Assembly (NCBI GenBank): GCA_030390025.1
Contig: CM059432.1
Location: 17,796,001-17,860,000 of the forward strand
Direction: 5' to 3'
Source of the DNA: Squalus acanthias
Lineage: Eukaryota
DNA length: 64,000 nucleotides
Program-made: the position numbers and the translations under genes
The notes under the pieces: model-generated
The model's database searches: none
The model's input: only the letters and a program-made list of their open reading frames with translations
What the model was told of the DNA's origin: nothing
Shown here: positions 50,411 through 62,979 of the stretch, piece by piece
Numbering within the stretch: the first letter of the stretch is position 1
Layout: each line of letters begins with the position of its first letter

Positions 50411-50840
50411 ATTTATGCTTAAATAACAGCGAGCGTCATTAGCCAATGTTACAAACAGAGTCAGTGCTGTTACATGGAAGCACACTCGCCTTACATGAGA
50501 TAATATCAGACTGTCTGCACTTACTGATCTGTCTTTACTGACCAGTTAAAGCGTGTTTCACCATCAGACTTCTATTTAAAAATAAGTTTAGAAAGAATTA
50601 TTATTAACTTCAAATTTTGTACTGCCTCTGTAAACAATATTACTCCAATCCCCTCAGGACAGCCATGTCTTTAAATAGCAACTTGTAATTATTTAGCACC
50701 TATCACATAGAAAATGCATTACAGAGGAGAAATGGACAGCACGCAGTAGTGAAGAGGTGAAAATGGTTTGATGGGGATTTTAAACACAGGGACAAAAGTT
50801 GTGAGGCAGAGTGGTTTCAGGACAGAAATCCAGAGAGAGG

Positions 50841-50903
50841 AGCGGAAATGGCTAAAGGCTCTGCCACTGACCATCGGTGGCAGAGCCTTTAGCTATCTCC
50901 GCT
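50841..50903. repeat. 63-nt hairpin (30-bp arms, 3-nt loop)
   Basis: agcggaaatggctaaaggctctgccactga-cca-tcggtggcagagcctttagctatctccgct: 27 Watson-Crick pairs, 2 G:U, 1 mismatch on the + strand. Confidence 0.9.
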
Positions 50904-51049
50904 AAAGATGGTTTGGAAAGGGGGTAGTTAATCCATTGTCAAAAGACTGACAGGCATGGGTTGAGATGCAAGCCTGAAGGAAATTGGAAATGTGAAGTGG
51001 GGCAAGCGCATATTCAGCTCAAATACTGTGAAGCTGAAACAATAAAGGT

Positions 51050-51313
51050 ACGCAGAAGCCCAAGACCGCACAAAGTGGAGGAGAAGCATCCGGGAAGGCG
51101 CCGAACACCTCGAGTGTCTTCGCCGAGAGCAAGCGGAAGCCAAGCGCAGGCAGCGCAAGGAGCGCACGTCAACCCAAGCACCCCACCCACCATCTGCCCC
51201 ACCTGTGACAGAGACTGTAGGTCCCGCATTGGACTCATCAGTCACCTGAGAACTCATTTTTAATGTGGAAGCAAGTCATCCTCGGTTCCGAGGGACTGCC
51301 TAAGAAGAAGAAG
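51050..51313 (+). mobile_element. RTE-clade LINE 3' end
   Basis: C-terminal zinc finger CPTCDRDCRSRIGLISHLRTH and (AAG)n tail. Confidence 0.85.
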
Positions 51314-51399
51314 TCAGGAACTTGCTTTCATGTTGTAATGTGAATCCCATTGTACTAATAAACACTAAAATAACGGAGACAACTTTGTCCGTGTTTTCA

Positions 51400-54300
51400 T
51401 GTGGGAATAGGGAGGCAGTGCTATGAAAATTGGAACAGAGCACTTACTTTCATGTTCCCGCTGCCAATCCGACAGCTGCCATTATGTTGGGGTCTATACA
51501 TAGGTGGCCAGAGAGGCTGCCTGAAACAGGCAGGAGCCTCATTAACATATGCAAATCAGCATCCTATGAAGTCAGTCGGATTCCAATGCTATTTTTTATG
51601 TGGTGAACGCTCTGTGTTGGACCCACCTATCACTACTGGACAGAAGCAGAGAATGCTGCTGGTATTTAAAGGGGCACTCACTCGCAAATAGATCATTGGT
51701 ATCTACCTTGAGAGTTGTAGGAGGTTTACTGAGAGTTGTAGGAGGTTTACTGAGAGTTGTAGGAGGTTTACTGAGAGTTGTAGAAGGTTTACTGAGAGTT
51801 TTTTCTGCCTGAAATTGCGCCATTTCAGCCATTTACCACTGGCTTAGGGTTACCAATCCTCCAGGATCATCCCTGAGTCTCCAGGTATTAGTGTCTCCTG
51901 GACACTACTGCGAGCAACCTGAGAGAAAAATCATTGCGGCATTAAAAGAAATTGAGTTTTTTTTTCCCATTTTCTTTGTTTATTAGTTATAAAAATATTG
52001 GCGATGGGCTGTTTGACTGACGGTCAAGAATCATCCGATTGGGCAACGAAAAGTCTATTCCAATTGGCGTGGGAAGGTGGCGCTCTGCGAGGGTGGATGT
52101 GTCGGGCGGCCAATGGTAGGAGGTCATGTGACAACACCTCCAGGTCTACGTCCAACCAGAGTTGGCAACTCAACACTCGCTGCAGGAAGAGGGGAAACAG
52201 GAGCAGCAGGTGGAGCGGTATCAGGGAGGTGTAGATGGTGACTGGCCATTGCAGAATGCTCCAGCAGGAGCTACAACCAGTACCACAGCTGGCACTGTGG
52301 CAAGTTAAAGTCACCACAGGCCCTCAATTTCTATGCATCAAAATCATTTCAAGCTGCGGATGCAGACCTATGTAACATCTGTCAGGCTGTGCTGCATTCC
52401 GCCATGAAGCAGATCACAGATACGCTGTTTACCAGGGCTAATGATTTCATCGTGTTTCCCACAGGCCCTAGAAGCCAGCAGGAAAGGGCTGCGGGGTTTG
52501 CAGCCGTTGCAGAAGTCCCACAAGTGCAGAGTGCCATCGACTTCACACGCTACCATCAGGGCTCCTGCCAATGATCCCGGCACCTCATGGACCGCAAAGA
52601 GCTTGTGGCCAACTGGTCTATGACCATTGGCAACCATTCATGCAGGCAGCTCCTGTGGTAATCCAGCCTCCCACCTCTCATTGATGAGTAGCAGTATCTC
52701 CCAGGCTGGCTGCGACGAGATAAAGGATATTCTCCCCGCTGGTGACCCCACTCTGAAACCCACAGACACCTGTGGAGAGCAGATACAACAGCTGTCATGA
52801 CTCAACTGGAGCAGTCCCTAGGGGTGCTGAAACAATGATTCCGCTGCCTGGATCAGTCTGGGGAGGGGGTGGGGGGGCGGGGGGGAGCCTACAGCCCTGG
52901 GGGGAGTGTGGAGAATAGTGGTGGTGCGCTGTCTCCTGCATAACTTTACCCTACAACAGGGAGAGCTACTGTTGGTGACAGGTGAAGAGGACCATCCACA
53001 CATGAAGAGAAGGAAGCTGATGAGCCAGAGGATGAAGCAGCAGTGGGAGGTCTGCAACATCAGCCCGCAGCCACAGCTGTATGCCAGCAACTCATTGATC
53101 ATCGCTTCTCCTGAATGATCCCTTCCCTTCACCCCACCACACCCCCCAGAACATCATTTGAACCAGCCTATTTACCCTCCAATAAAGGACTTCCATCCCA
53201 CTGTCCATCATTCATGCACGTTACCTTGGTTTTCCACCTACCACAGAAACAACGTCATGAAGTGAAAGGGTGTTACAGTTTAATCGTGCTAACAAATGAC
53301 ACATAAAATAATAAGTACCCAGGTTCCTTTTTTATGTTGCTTCTCATAACAACAACTTGTATTTATATAGCACCTTTAACGTAGTAAAATGTCCCAAGGC
53401 TCTTCTCAGGAGCGTAATAAAACAAAATTTGACACCGAACCACATAATGAGATGTTAGGGCAGGTGACCAAAAGCTCGGTCAAAGAGGTAGGTTTTAAGG
53501 AGCGTCTTCAAGGAGGAAAGAGAGGCAGAGAGGTTTAGGCAAGGAATTCCAGAACTTGGAAGATGGAAGGGTGCTGATGTTTCGATGGGGGCGTCTGAGC
53601 TGCTCGTGGTCATCGACCTGTAGGAGCTCAGGCTCGAGAGGGCCCGGCTGCAGCATCTCCACTCTGCCAGGGCAGCCTGGCCCAGCTGGCTTCCTGGCAC
53701 CATGGCTGGGGTTGCTCTCATCGTGAAAGAGGGCACGTGCTACTCCTATTGCACCACTGCCAGTACCATGGGGCTGCGGCTCTGTATTCCTACTGGTCTG
53801 TGGGAGAGCAGACTGGAGGAGATCTTTGGTGTGATTGATGGCCCTATAAGTGCATTTCCCCCAGCCTTTCGAATGCGGTGGAGATGGTGGATCCCAGAGC
53901 CTGAATGGCATTAGTGCTGATGTCACAAAATCCTGGACAGAACGCCCAGCTATAGCATCCATAAAGGTAGACCACACACTACATGGTAGACTGCCTTGCA
54001 CCAGAACACTACACATGCTGGAAACGGACTCCACCATACTCTCTGACATGGTGCAATAGTTTTTAGGAGGGCTTTCCAATTGCCTCGATCAATTGATGGC
54101 ACATATGGGAGATCTTTCTTTTAAAAGTTGGGATGCTGAAGTCTGCACCTTCAGCAGAGCTGTGACCTGAGCTTGTCCTCTGGCCAGCCGTCTCCTGGAC
54201 TGTTCTTTCCATTATCATCAGCTCCTGTCAATCGTGATGAATGAAGGAGGGTTTCTGCAGTGTCCCCTTGTGATTGGAGGAGAAGAATGTGGAGCAGGGG

Positions 54301-54900
54301 AGGGAAGCGTTTGGAGTGTTGCGGGAAGCGGGGGGGGGGGGGGGGGGCGGTGGTGGAGGTGGAGAGGGGCATAAGTGCTGTGACAAGGTCTCATCCTGAG
54401 AAAAAGAGATAGCAGGACATCATTCTCACTCTTGCTGTCCGGGTAAGGTTATTGAATGTCTTCCACCATTGTCCCCATGTCCTGGGGATAATGCTTCTGA
54501 CATTGACATTCTCAGCCAACTCCTTCTAGACCTGCTTCAGCATCTGCCTGGGCACCATTCTGCCATTTGCGGGGATATTGACCTATCCCCGGGCCTTCGC
54601 CTGCTCCACCAGGACCTCCCCCGCTGCATTACTGAACCTGAGAGCCCTTGCAGCAGACATCAAACACAAACAGCTTTAGAAATTGCAAAATTTATTTTCA
54701 AATTTAATACGCACTTCACTTCAAGAGGTCCAAGCTTGCTTTAAATAGGCATTGGTCCAGCCAGAAATCCCGCCCTCCAAAGCAGCGAGCTTTAAATGAG
54801 ATCTGGCCATCAAAACAGTTAGATATCTTTTTGTTATCTGTTAACTCATAATATTTTTCTGTTTGGATGCAATGTTGAAAAGGTGAGTTGACATCACTGG
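51400..54900. mobile_element. Degenerate two-gene PIF/Harbinger element with nested insertions
   Basis: Plus strand 52250-53110: PQVQSAIDFT, GWLRRDKGY and FRCLDQSG transposase motifs. Minus strand 54430-54620: Myb/SANT-like ELAENVNVRSIIPRTWGQWWKTFNNLTR. Nested MITE (about 51846-52172) and L2 tail (about 53345-53555). Termini not resolved. Confidence 0.72.
51710..51800. repeat. 21-bp minisatellite, about 4.3 copies
   Basis: gagagttgtaggaggtttact repeated, one variant unit. Confidence 0.95.
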
Positions 54901-54995
54901 AGATCATCATTGACTAAGGGTCCTTTGGAATACTTTGCCACTCATGCCAATTTACCCTCACTTATTAATTCAGCTCCTTTGCACTGACCGACTTG

Positions 54996-55290
54996 GTAAC
55001 AGCAACAACAACAACTCGCACTTAGAATAGCGCCTTTAATTTAGTAAAACATCCCAAGGTGCTTCACAGGAGCGATTATCAAACAAAATTTTAGAAGCCA
55101 CATAAGGAGATATAAGGACAGGTGACCAAAAGCTTAGTCAAAGAGGTAGGTTTTAAGGAGCATCTTAAAGGAGGAGGGAGAGGTAGAGAAGCGGAGAGGT
55201 TTAGGGAGGGAATTCCAGAGCTTGGGGCCTAGGCAGCTGAAGGCACGGCCGCCAATGGTGGAGCGATTAAAATCGGGGATGCGCAAGATA
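54996..55290 (-). mobile_element. L2 LINE 3' end
   Basis: Same tail as 44090-44620. Confidence 0.88.
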
Positions 55291-57689
55291 GTGGGACTCA
55301 GGATAGTGTGTGACTTGGAGACGACTATGGAATTGATAATGATCCCATGATGTTGCTGCTCCTATCCTTCCTGGGTTAGTAGTCATAGGGCTGGTTAGCA
55401 CTGCTTGGTGAGTTGCTGTAGTGCACCTTGTGGACAGTATATTGGTGCTTCAGCAGCAGAGGGAGTTGATATCGAGTCCAGTTGCAGTGGTACCGATTAA
55501 GCGGACTGCCATTAAAGCTAGGGTGCTGATCAAGTGAACTGCTCTGTTCTTCCACCTCCGAGACCTATGTTTGAATCCAGGTTGGTCTGATGGGATAACA
55601 GTTTCTTCCCTCTACTGAGTGTAAGGGTCATTTGTGAAATGTGTTTGAACGGTTTCAGCTTAAGCTTCTACTGGATCAGCCAACATAAAACTGCCAATCT
55701 ATTAAACTAAACTGTCGATCTCACTCCGACAGGCCACAAGGGTAACTGGTGTAGCAAATGGAAAACATAACACAAACGCAGTCGGGGCTGCTCTTCTGGA
55801 ATTAAGCTATGTTGTTGGGAGAATAGTAGACTGAATTTTTCTCTGCGTCAGAACATGCTCGACATGCTGGCATTGAATGGGAGTAATTCCTTCCTTTGCT
55901 ATTTTAACAGGCATCAAACCATTTGAGTCAAACTATCAGAGAGAGGAATTCTCTACAGTAACGTTTGCCGACAATACTTTCTACCCAGTTGTCACAAAGG
56001 GAGGTCTTTGTTCTTCACCCCTGTCACGTCAATGGTTCTGACATGCGAAATGAGTTTGTGATGGACAAGATGTTCATGGAACAGGATGGTTTAAATACAA
56101 AAGAAACTGTTTGCAAATAAAGCAGCCGCCCGCACTGCATTCCAGAGTGAAAGCACCGGTGTCTTGTTTGTCTTGCCACGTTTGATACTGCACTCCTTGT
56201 TCCACCTGAAATACTTTATAGACTGTTGAGCAGAAAACTGCTGTGACTTTGCATGAAACACTTTGGTGACCATTTTACATTGTACAGAACATACAGATCA
56301 AGTTAATGACCCAACTTTGGATTGAGTTCTTTTATAATAAAGTTCAAGCAAAGGCATTTACAGCACAGACCACCAGTGAACTGCCGTTAGTAAAGGCACC
56401 GGGGGGGGAGATTCACTGTGTGCCGGAGAACTCCATAAAAATAAACGTTATTTTAGTCAGCGTTATGCCTGCTTTACCACCAACGTTTCACGAATATGTG
56501 AATTATCGGCCAGCAATTTCCTTCGAGCTGCTCCCGTCCCGCAATCGTAGCTTTGGCGGAGACCCCGTTCGTGCGGTTTTCACCGCACTTCCGGCAAAAT
56601 AACGGCTGGCGGAGCAAGAGCAGCTCCGAGGAAATTCCCGGCCATTATCTTCAGGGAGAGGCCCTACATACTTTCCAGGAATATATTGAAATGAAAAAAC
56701 CGAGGGGGGAAAGCCACGGTTCACAGTACAGGGCAACTACAAGATTAAAAAGTGGAGAAGATATATCCCAAAGTAATGATTAGATGATGCCAAGCTTGGC
56801 TCACAAAAACCTCAAGATTGTTGGCAACAGGAAAGCTGGTCTCTTGAAACTCTGTTGTGAGACATTATTATACGCATGCTTAATGCTTTGTTCACTAGTT
56901 TAACTGTTTATTTAAATGAGCTAATGCCTCCATTAAAATAGTGGGGAAAGGCAATGCTTATGAAACATTAACCATTCACTTGTAAATATTCACACAGCAT
57001 AACTTCAAAGCCTGAGGGGTAGTTTTAAGGGTGTGAAATATTTTTTATCTATCACCATCAGGCCAATTCTCCAACAAAATCTGCAGAAAAAAAGTTGCTA
57101 AGAATTTTACTGATCACAGTATTGGATCAGTTCCAGAGGTCACCTTGGAAACCATGTTGAACAGGAGACCAGAGACGTGAAGTATTTGCCGGCAACAGCG
57201 CTAAGAAGGTAAATAATTAGCAGCTACCAATGCGATGGATGTGGGCCAAGCCCTTTGCGAGGCAATATTTTAACTCCCCTTGCCACTCATATCAGTGCAA
57301 CGTGGAAACCAACCAGATATACAGGGGAACAAAGACAGGTCTCTGACTCATCCCATCGCAACTCAATGTGCTGAGGCTTAGCCCACCAAGCTGCCAATCA
57401 AAGTCACCATCTTGAATTAAATGCCGCTCCCTCAGTATGGGAGCTCATAGCACCTGCATGTTCGTTCAACTAAGTCCCCCGCTGGGCGCATTGAATGAAA
57501 ACTATTCCCAAATCTAACAAAATTTATTATCTCAAAGCTATCCTAACATGCACAACTGCACAGTTTAATGACTATCCTGCCTGGGGTGCACCCTGGGAAT
57601 CATCCTGTTTAACAACCTGAATGGCATTAAATGTTAAGTCAAAATAATGTTGCACCTTTGGGAGTTAACTCTTTATAAGCTTAATAAAA

Positions 57690-58700
57690 AGAAAGAAAGG
57701 CTGGCATTTCTATAGCGCCTTTCAAGATCTCAGGATGTCCCAAAGCATTTTACAGCCAATGAAGTACTTTTGAAGAGTAGTCAATGCTGTAATGTAGGAA
57801 ACACAGCAGCCAATTTATGCACAGCAAGCTCCCACAAACAGCAATGTGATAATGACCAGATAATCTGTTTTAGTGATGTTAGTTGAAGAATAAATGTTGG
57901 CCAGGCCACTGTGGACAACTCCCTTGCTCTTCTTCGAAATAGTGCTATGGGATCTTTTACTTCCAGTTGAGAGGGCAGACAGGGCCTCATTTTAACGAAG
58001 TAAAAAGAAAAGAAAAAAGAAAGACTTGCATTTATATAGCGCCTTTCACGACCACCAGACGTCTCAAAGTGCTTTACAGCCAATGAAGTACTTTTTGAAG
58101 TGGAGTCATTGTTGTAATGTGGGAAATGCGGCAGCCAATGTGCACACAGCAAGCTCCCACAAACAGCAATGTGATAACGACCAGATAATCTGTTTTAGTG
58201 ATATCGATTGAGGGATACATATTGACCCAGGACACAACTCCCCTGCTCTTCTTCAAAATAGTGCCGTAGGATCTTTTACGTCCACCTGAGAGAGCAGACA
58301 GTGGCCGAAGATCAGAAGGTTGTGGGTTCAAGTTCTACTCCAGAGACTTGAGCACAAAATCTCAGCTGATGCTCCAGTGCAGTACAGAGGAAGCGCTGCA
58401 CTGTCAGAGGTGCCGTCTTTCGGATGAGATGTTAAACCGAGGCCCCGTCTGGCCTCTCAGGTGGACATAAAAGATGCCATGGCACTATTTCAGAGAAGAG
58501 GAGTGGAATTCTCCTTGGTGGCCTGGCCAATATTTAGCCCTCAATCATCATAACTTCATTTGTGGGACCTTGCTGTGCATAAATTGGCTGCATTTCCTAT
58601 ATTACAACAGTGACAACGCTTCAAATGTACTTTATTGGCTGTTAAGCACTTTGGGACGTCCTGAGGTCGTGAATGGCGTTATATAAATGTAAGTTTCTTT
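57690..58700. mobile_element. Cluster of three SacSINE1-like SINEs (-, -, +)
   Basis: 57690-57990 and 58020-58300 match 3352-3812 directly; 58305-58700 is the reverse complement. Confidence 0.85.
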
Positions 58701-59780
58701 CATTTTTCTTTGCAGGGATGATGAGAAGAAATATCTTTCTTTGCTTGAAAATTATTTGTTAGCTGCCAACTCATTACTGAACTTTGAAACTTAATTATAA
58801 CGAATGTAATGGCATTGTTCCCGTTACCTTAGAACATGAGTAAGTAAAAAGGATGACTGGTCACAGTTACAATCCTTCCATTAAACAACCTGTGCAACAA
58901 TCTCGTGTAACTTGTAACCAATTAAAGATCACTCAGCATGTGATCTCTGCATACTCCTGCTGACTGAAAAGTGAGATCATCAGACTAAACATAAACTCTA
59001 ATTAAATCTCTATGCGTGTGTGCCTAACTGTTCTTTGCTAACAAAGGGACTTATACATGGAGCGAATTCATTAATCTTCTTTTAATCATTTTTCTCTACT
59101 ACCCTCCTGAATCTCGGACTCCTCCTGGCAGCCAACAGCCCTCCCAGCCCCTGGTCCAAATGACCATTCCACATCTGCAAGCCTAGATAACACATTTTGG
59201 CCGATTATTCAACCATGGAGAGCAATGCAGCAAAGCTCAAAGCTCTTGTCACTCACGTGGTCACTTTCCTGCAGCAGTCCCTGGACGCCGATTAGGAACC
59301 TTGGCTGGCATTTTCCCTTGCCTAAATTTAACTGCAGTGCACTAACTGTTGCTCCACCTCAGGTCAGCTAAGGCCAGAGAGACACGGGACCAGACCTGTG
59401 ATCTTCTGTGTACGGCTTTCTACTGCACCACACAATGGAAGGGTCAGAAATTAGGCCAGAACCTGGATATGCCAGGGTGGCTATTGGCACAAGAGGAAGT
59501 GGGGTCGGGGTGGGGACTCCCTACCATTGTGACCACTGGCAGAAGTGGGGTCCACCTGGAAGAGGAACAGGATTTTGGGGGTGAATTTCCTTGCGGTGAG
59601 TGGCGCTGCTGAACTGCCACGGAAAAAAGATTTGCTTTCTTTATCCTCTTTTCCGACATCCACCTATCCAATCTAGTCTTGGATGTTGATGCAGTTTGTG
59701 CCTCAACAGTTAATCCTGGGGTTCAATTTTACAGCCTCAAACTCTCAGTGTAAAGATGTTTCTCTTGTTTTCTGTTCTAA

Positions 59781-60543
59781 GGGGGAAAAATTCGGTTGCT
59801 TTGCGCCTCCCGTTAGCGCCCTAAGAGGGCGCTAACGGGATGCAAAGCAACTAGCGCCCGGGTGCAGCGCTGTCAACGCCTCCCGCGAAATTCAGCGGTA
59901 GGTTGGTGGCGGCAGTAACCGTTAGCGTCCCGCGGTGCTGCGCCGCCGGTGATGACATCATCGCCGTGCACAGCGCCCCGCTCGCGCCCCAGCCGCAATC
60001 TTCGGTAGCGCCCCCTGACTTACCGCCGGACGCAATGTCCGACGGGGTCAGGGGGCTTACCTGCGGCCGTGGTGGCGCTAATTAAAGGCGAGGTGCCGGG
60101 CGGCCATTTTTGTTGCTGGCCACCTGCCAGCACCTGCCCCCCATTGCCGTCCCCGGCCTTCTGTTCAGCCCCCCCGCAGAGTGCCGGCTGCGCTCCGTGA
60201 GCCCGGCACTTCTCTTGCGTGCCGGGCTCTTTTGCCGGCACTTCGATCCCTGGTGGCCCAGCTGGGCGCCGGGTCACGTTGCGCAAGGCCCCTCCCCTTT
60301 AAGAAGTGGAGGAAGGCCTGCAGTACCGCGGCGCAACGTGCCGCAGCGTGTGGCGCTGCGCCACATAGCGCCACGATATTCCCTCGCAGCGCCCCAAGAG
60401 GGACGAGGGACACTTCCAGTAGCGCCCCTCCTCCCTCTCGGGGCGCTACTTGGGAAAATTGGACGCGGGGCGCTAATTTTTTCGGGGAGTAGCGCTCCGG
60501 CGAAGTTAGCTCCCCAAAGGGGGCGCGACTCAATTTTTCCCCC
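59781..60543. mobile_element. Young GC-rich Harbinger-type MITE
   Basis: TIRs gggggaaaaattcggttgc and gcgactcaatttttccccc; canonical TSD TAA at 59778-59780 and 60544-60546; repeated agcgcc/ggcgct motifs. Confidence 0.88.
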
Positions 60544-60781
60544 TAAGTCTCTTACAATTAATCTTGGTGAACTAGTGAGCTTGCTGACTTATAGTGTTGG
60601 ATTGTCCTCTGAATTACTGCCATTTTGGGGCAGTTTTGGGGCCCAAGGAGTAAAAGGGGTTTATAAAGGTTACTGCTTCAAATATACGACTAAAAACCCA
60701 CACCCAAATAATCCTCCGAGAAAATCACCGATCATGTTTAAGGCCCATTAGAAACCTGCTCCACTGCTTTCAATGGAGTCA

Positions 60782-61240
60782 AAAAAGAAAGACTTGCATT
60801 TATATAGCGCCTTTCTCGACCACCAGAAGTCCCAAAGCGCTTTACAGCCAATGAAGTACTTTTTGAAGTGGAGTCACTGTTGTAATGTAAGAAATGCGGC
60901 AGCCAATTTGCGCACAGCAAGCTCCCACAAACAGCAGTGTGTTAATGACCAGATAGTCTGTTTTTATGATGCTGATTGAAGGATGAATATCGTCCAGGAC
61001 ACCGGGGATAACTCCCCTGCTCTTCTTCGAAATAGTGCCGTGGGATCTTTTACGTCCACCTGAGAGAGCAGACGGAGCCTCGGTTTAACATCTCATCCGA
61101 AAGATGGCACCTCCGACAGTGCAGCACTCCCTCAGCACTGCACTGGAGTGTCAACTGAGATTTTTGTGCTGAAGTATCTGGAGTGAGACTATGAACCCAC
61201 AACCTTCTGCCTCAGAGGGAAGGGTGCTACCAACTGAGCC
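60782..61240 (-). mobile_element. Full-length SacSINE1-like SINE
   Basis: Matches 3352-3812 over its whole length. Confidence 0.88.
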
Positions 61241-61569
61241 TCGACGGAGTCGAGGAGTACGGTTAACCCCTCTGACCCATTTCGTCCAACCTCTGCCCCA
61301 ACACCAGCCTAAATAATTATCACCACTACAGAAGTGGCGGTATGAACTACAGTAAGATATCCCCTGAGGGAGACACCATATTGAGGAGGCCATTTTGTGT
61401 GCTGCAACTAAACAGTGTTGTTACGTTTTCCTGCATATCAATCGCTTTAGTGTTTTCAAGGTTCTGTCAGCTGTCAGGACTTTTGCTGTTAGTTTTAGTT
61501 ATCTCTGCTCAAAGTACTGCTTTGCACCGAGGACATGGATTTCTCAACAGGAATCACTCAATTCTTATG

Positions 61570-62135
61570 CTATGAAGAGGAGGAGGAGGATACGGATGAG
61601 GCTAGATTGGAGGCTCTTAGAGCGAGGCATCATAGAAGGTATATCTTTCCTATATAAATGTACCTACTCACCAGGCTATACAGACCAAGAAGATCTTACT
61701 TAAAAACTTGTTTGACGGTCTGTGCCTCAGAAATGCTGTGCTTCCCCTAGAGGTTATTGAGGAAGTATGTCAACTGCTGGCTGGAGACCTGCAGCCCACT
61801 TCAACCAGGAGCGAAGCATCGTCTGTACCAGTTAGGGATCAGTCAAGGACACCAGTGCCTTGAATTTCTTGGCATCTGGTTCCTTCACTGAATTAAGAAG
61901 GTCAATGATGCTCTATTCAGGGATGCTACCCAATTTGTAACTTTACCAATGGACCAGAGAAACAAAGCGTGAGACAGAGATAGAGAGAGAGAGAGCTATC
62001 CAATTCTACAGACGAGCAGGGTTCCCACAGATGCAAAGATCAATTGACAGAGCAAGCGGCACTCAAAGCTTTCTCAATTTTATGAACAGAAAAGAGTTTC
62101 AAAATATTAAGGTGCAGCTCGTGTGCAATGTCAAT
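61570..62135 (+). mobile_element. Harbinger transposase remnant
   Basis: AGFPQMQRSID...FMNRKEFQNIKVQLVCN (cf. NRKGFHSINVQ); LNFLASGSF upstream. Confidence 0.7.
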
Positions 62136-62140
62136 TACTA

Positions 62141-62179
62141 TCTATATTATATATATATATATATAATATATATATATAT

Positions 62180-62210
<31 letters not shown>

Positions 62211-62224
62211 ATAACATATATATA
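62141..62224. repeat. (TA)n/(TG)n microsatellite
   Basis: Seen directly in the sequence. Confidence 0.95.
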
Positions 62225-62291
62225 GAAGGATACATTTATAAAATCCAATTCTCCATTAAATTATCTTATGATTGTGCAGTGACATCATTAA

Positions 62292-62520
62292 AATAATAGC
62301 AAAATACTGCGGATGCTGGAAATCTGAAATAACAACAGAAAATGCTGGAAACACTCAGCAGGCCAGGCAGCATCCGTGGAGAGAGAAACAGAGTTAACGT
62401 TTCAGGTCTGGGACCCTTCATCAGAACTGGAAAAAGCTGGAGATGTAACAGATATTAAGCAGGTGCAGAGACAGGGTGGGAGGAGAGGAAGGAATTGAAG
62501 GGACATACTGTGCTGAGGTA
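62292..62520 (-). mobile_element. Penelope (family 2) pLTR with hammerhead motif 62392-62428
   Basis: Minus strand agtt-CTGATGA-a-gggtc(cca)gacct-GAAA-cg-TT-aact. Confidence 0.8.
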
Positions 62521-62979
62521 AGAGGCAGGAAAGATAACATTTTGCAAATAAATCATAAAAATAATAGATTGCTGAGGGGTGACTGCATGCATCTAAATTA
62601 AAGATTTGGAACAGTAATATCCTAATATCTCTTTCTTTGGCTCAGTATCAATTTTTGTCTGATTACGGCCCCGTGAAGGAGCTATATAAATGCAAGTTGC
62701 TGTGGTTCGTTTATAAAGAGAATAATGGCCATCTGAGAATGATTATAAGACCTCAATCCAATTACGGGGTTCAGACGGTTGCTATAAACAATAGTAAACA
62801 TTGTGGAGTCATTTCAAGGCGGCAATCTCATTGAGGAATTCAAATGATGGTAATTGTAAAAGCAAAATTTAAGCAAATCATAAATATCATTAGAACTTAT
62901 GAGATTAGATTATGGCATTGACATTGCTTCCTACCATCTGTTTATTTGAAGATATATAGGCTCTTCCAATTTTCAGATT

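Noticed and set aside
51710..51800. Regular repeats resembling a CRISPR array or SKPPTTL coding repeat
   Set aside because: Head-to-tail 21-bp minisatellite with no spacers, in eukaryotic DNA.
60110..60751. 213-aa and overlapping GC-rich ORFs
   Set aside because: They lie mostly inside a MITE bounded by TIRs and a TSD; no recognisable domain; stop-poor because of high GC.
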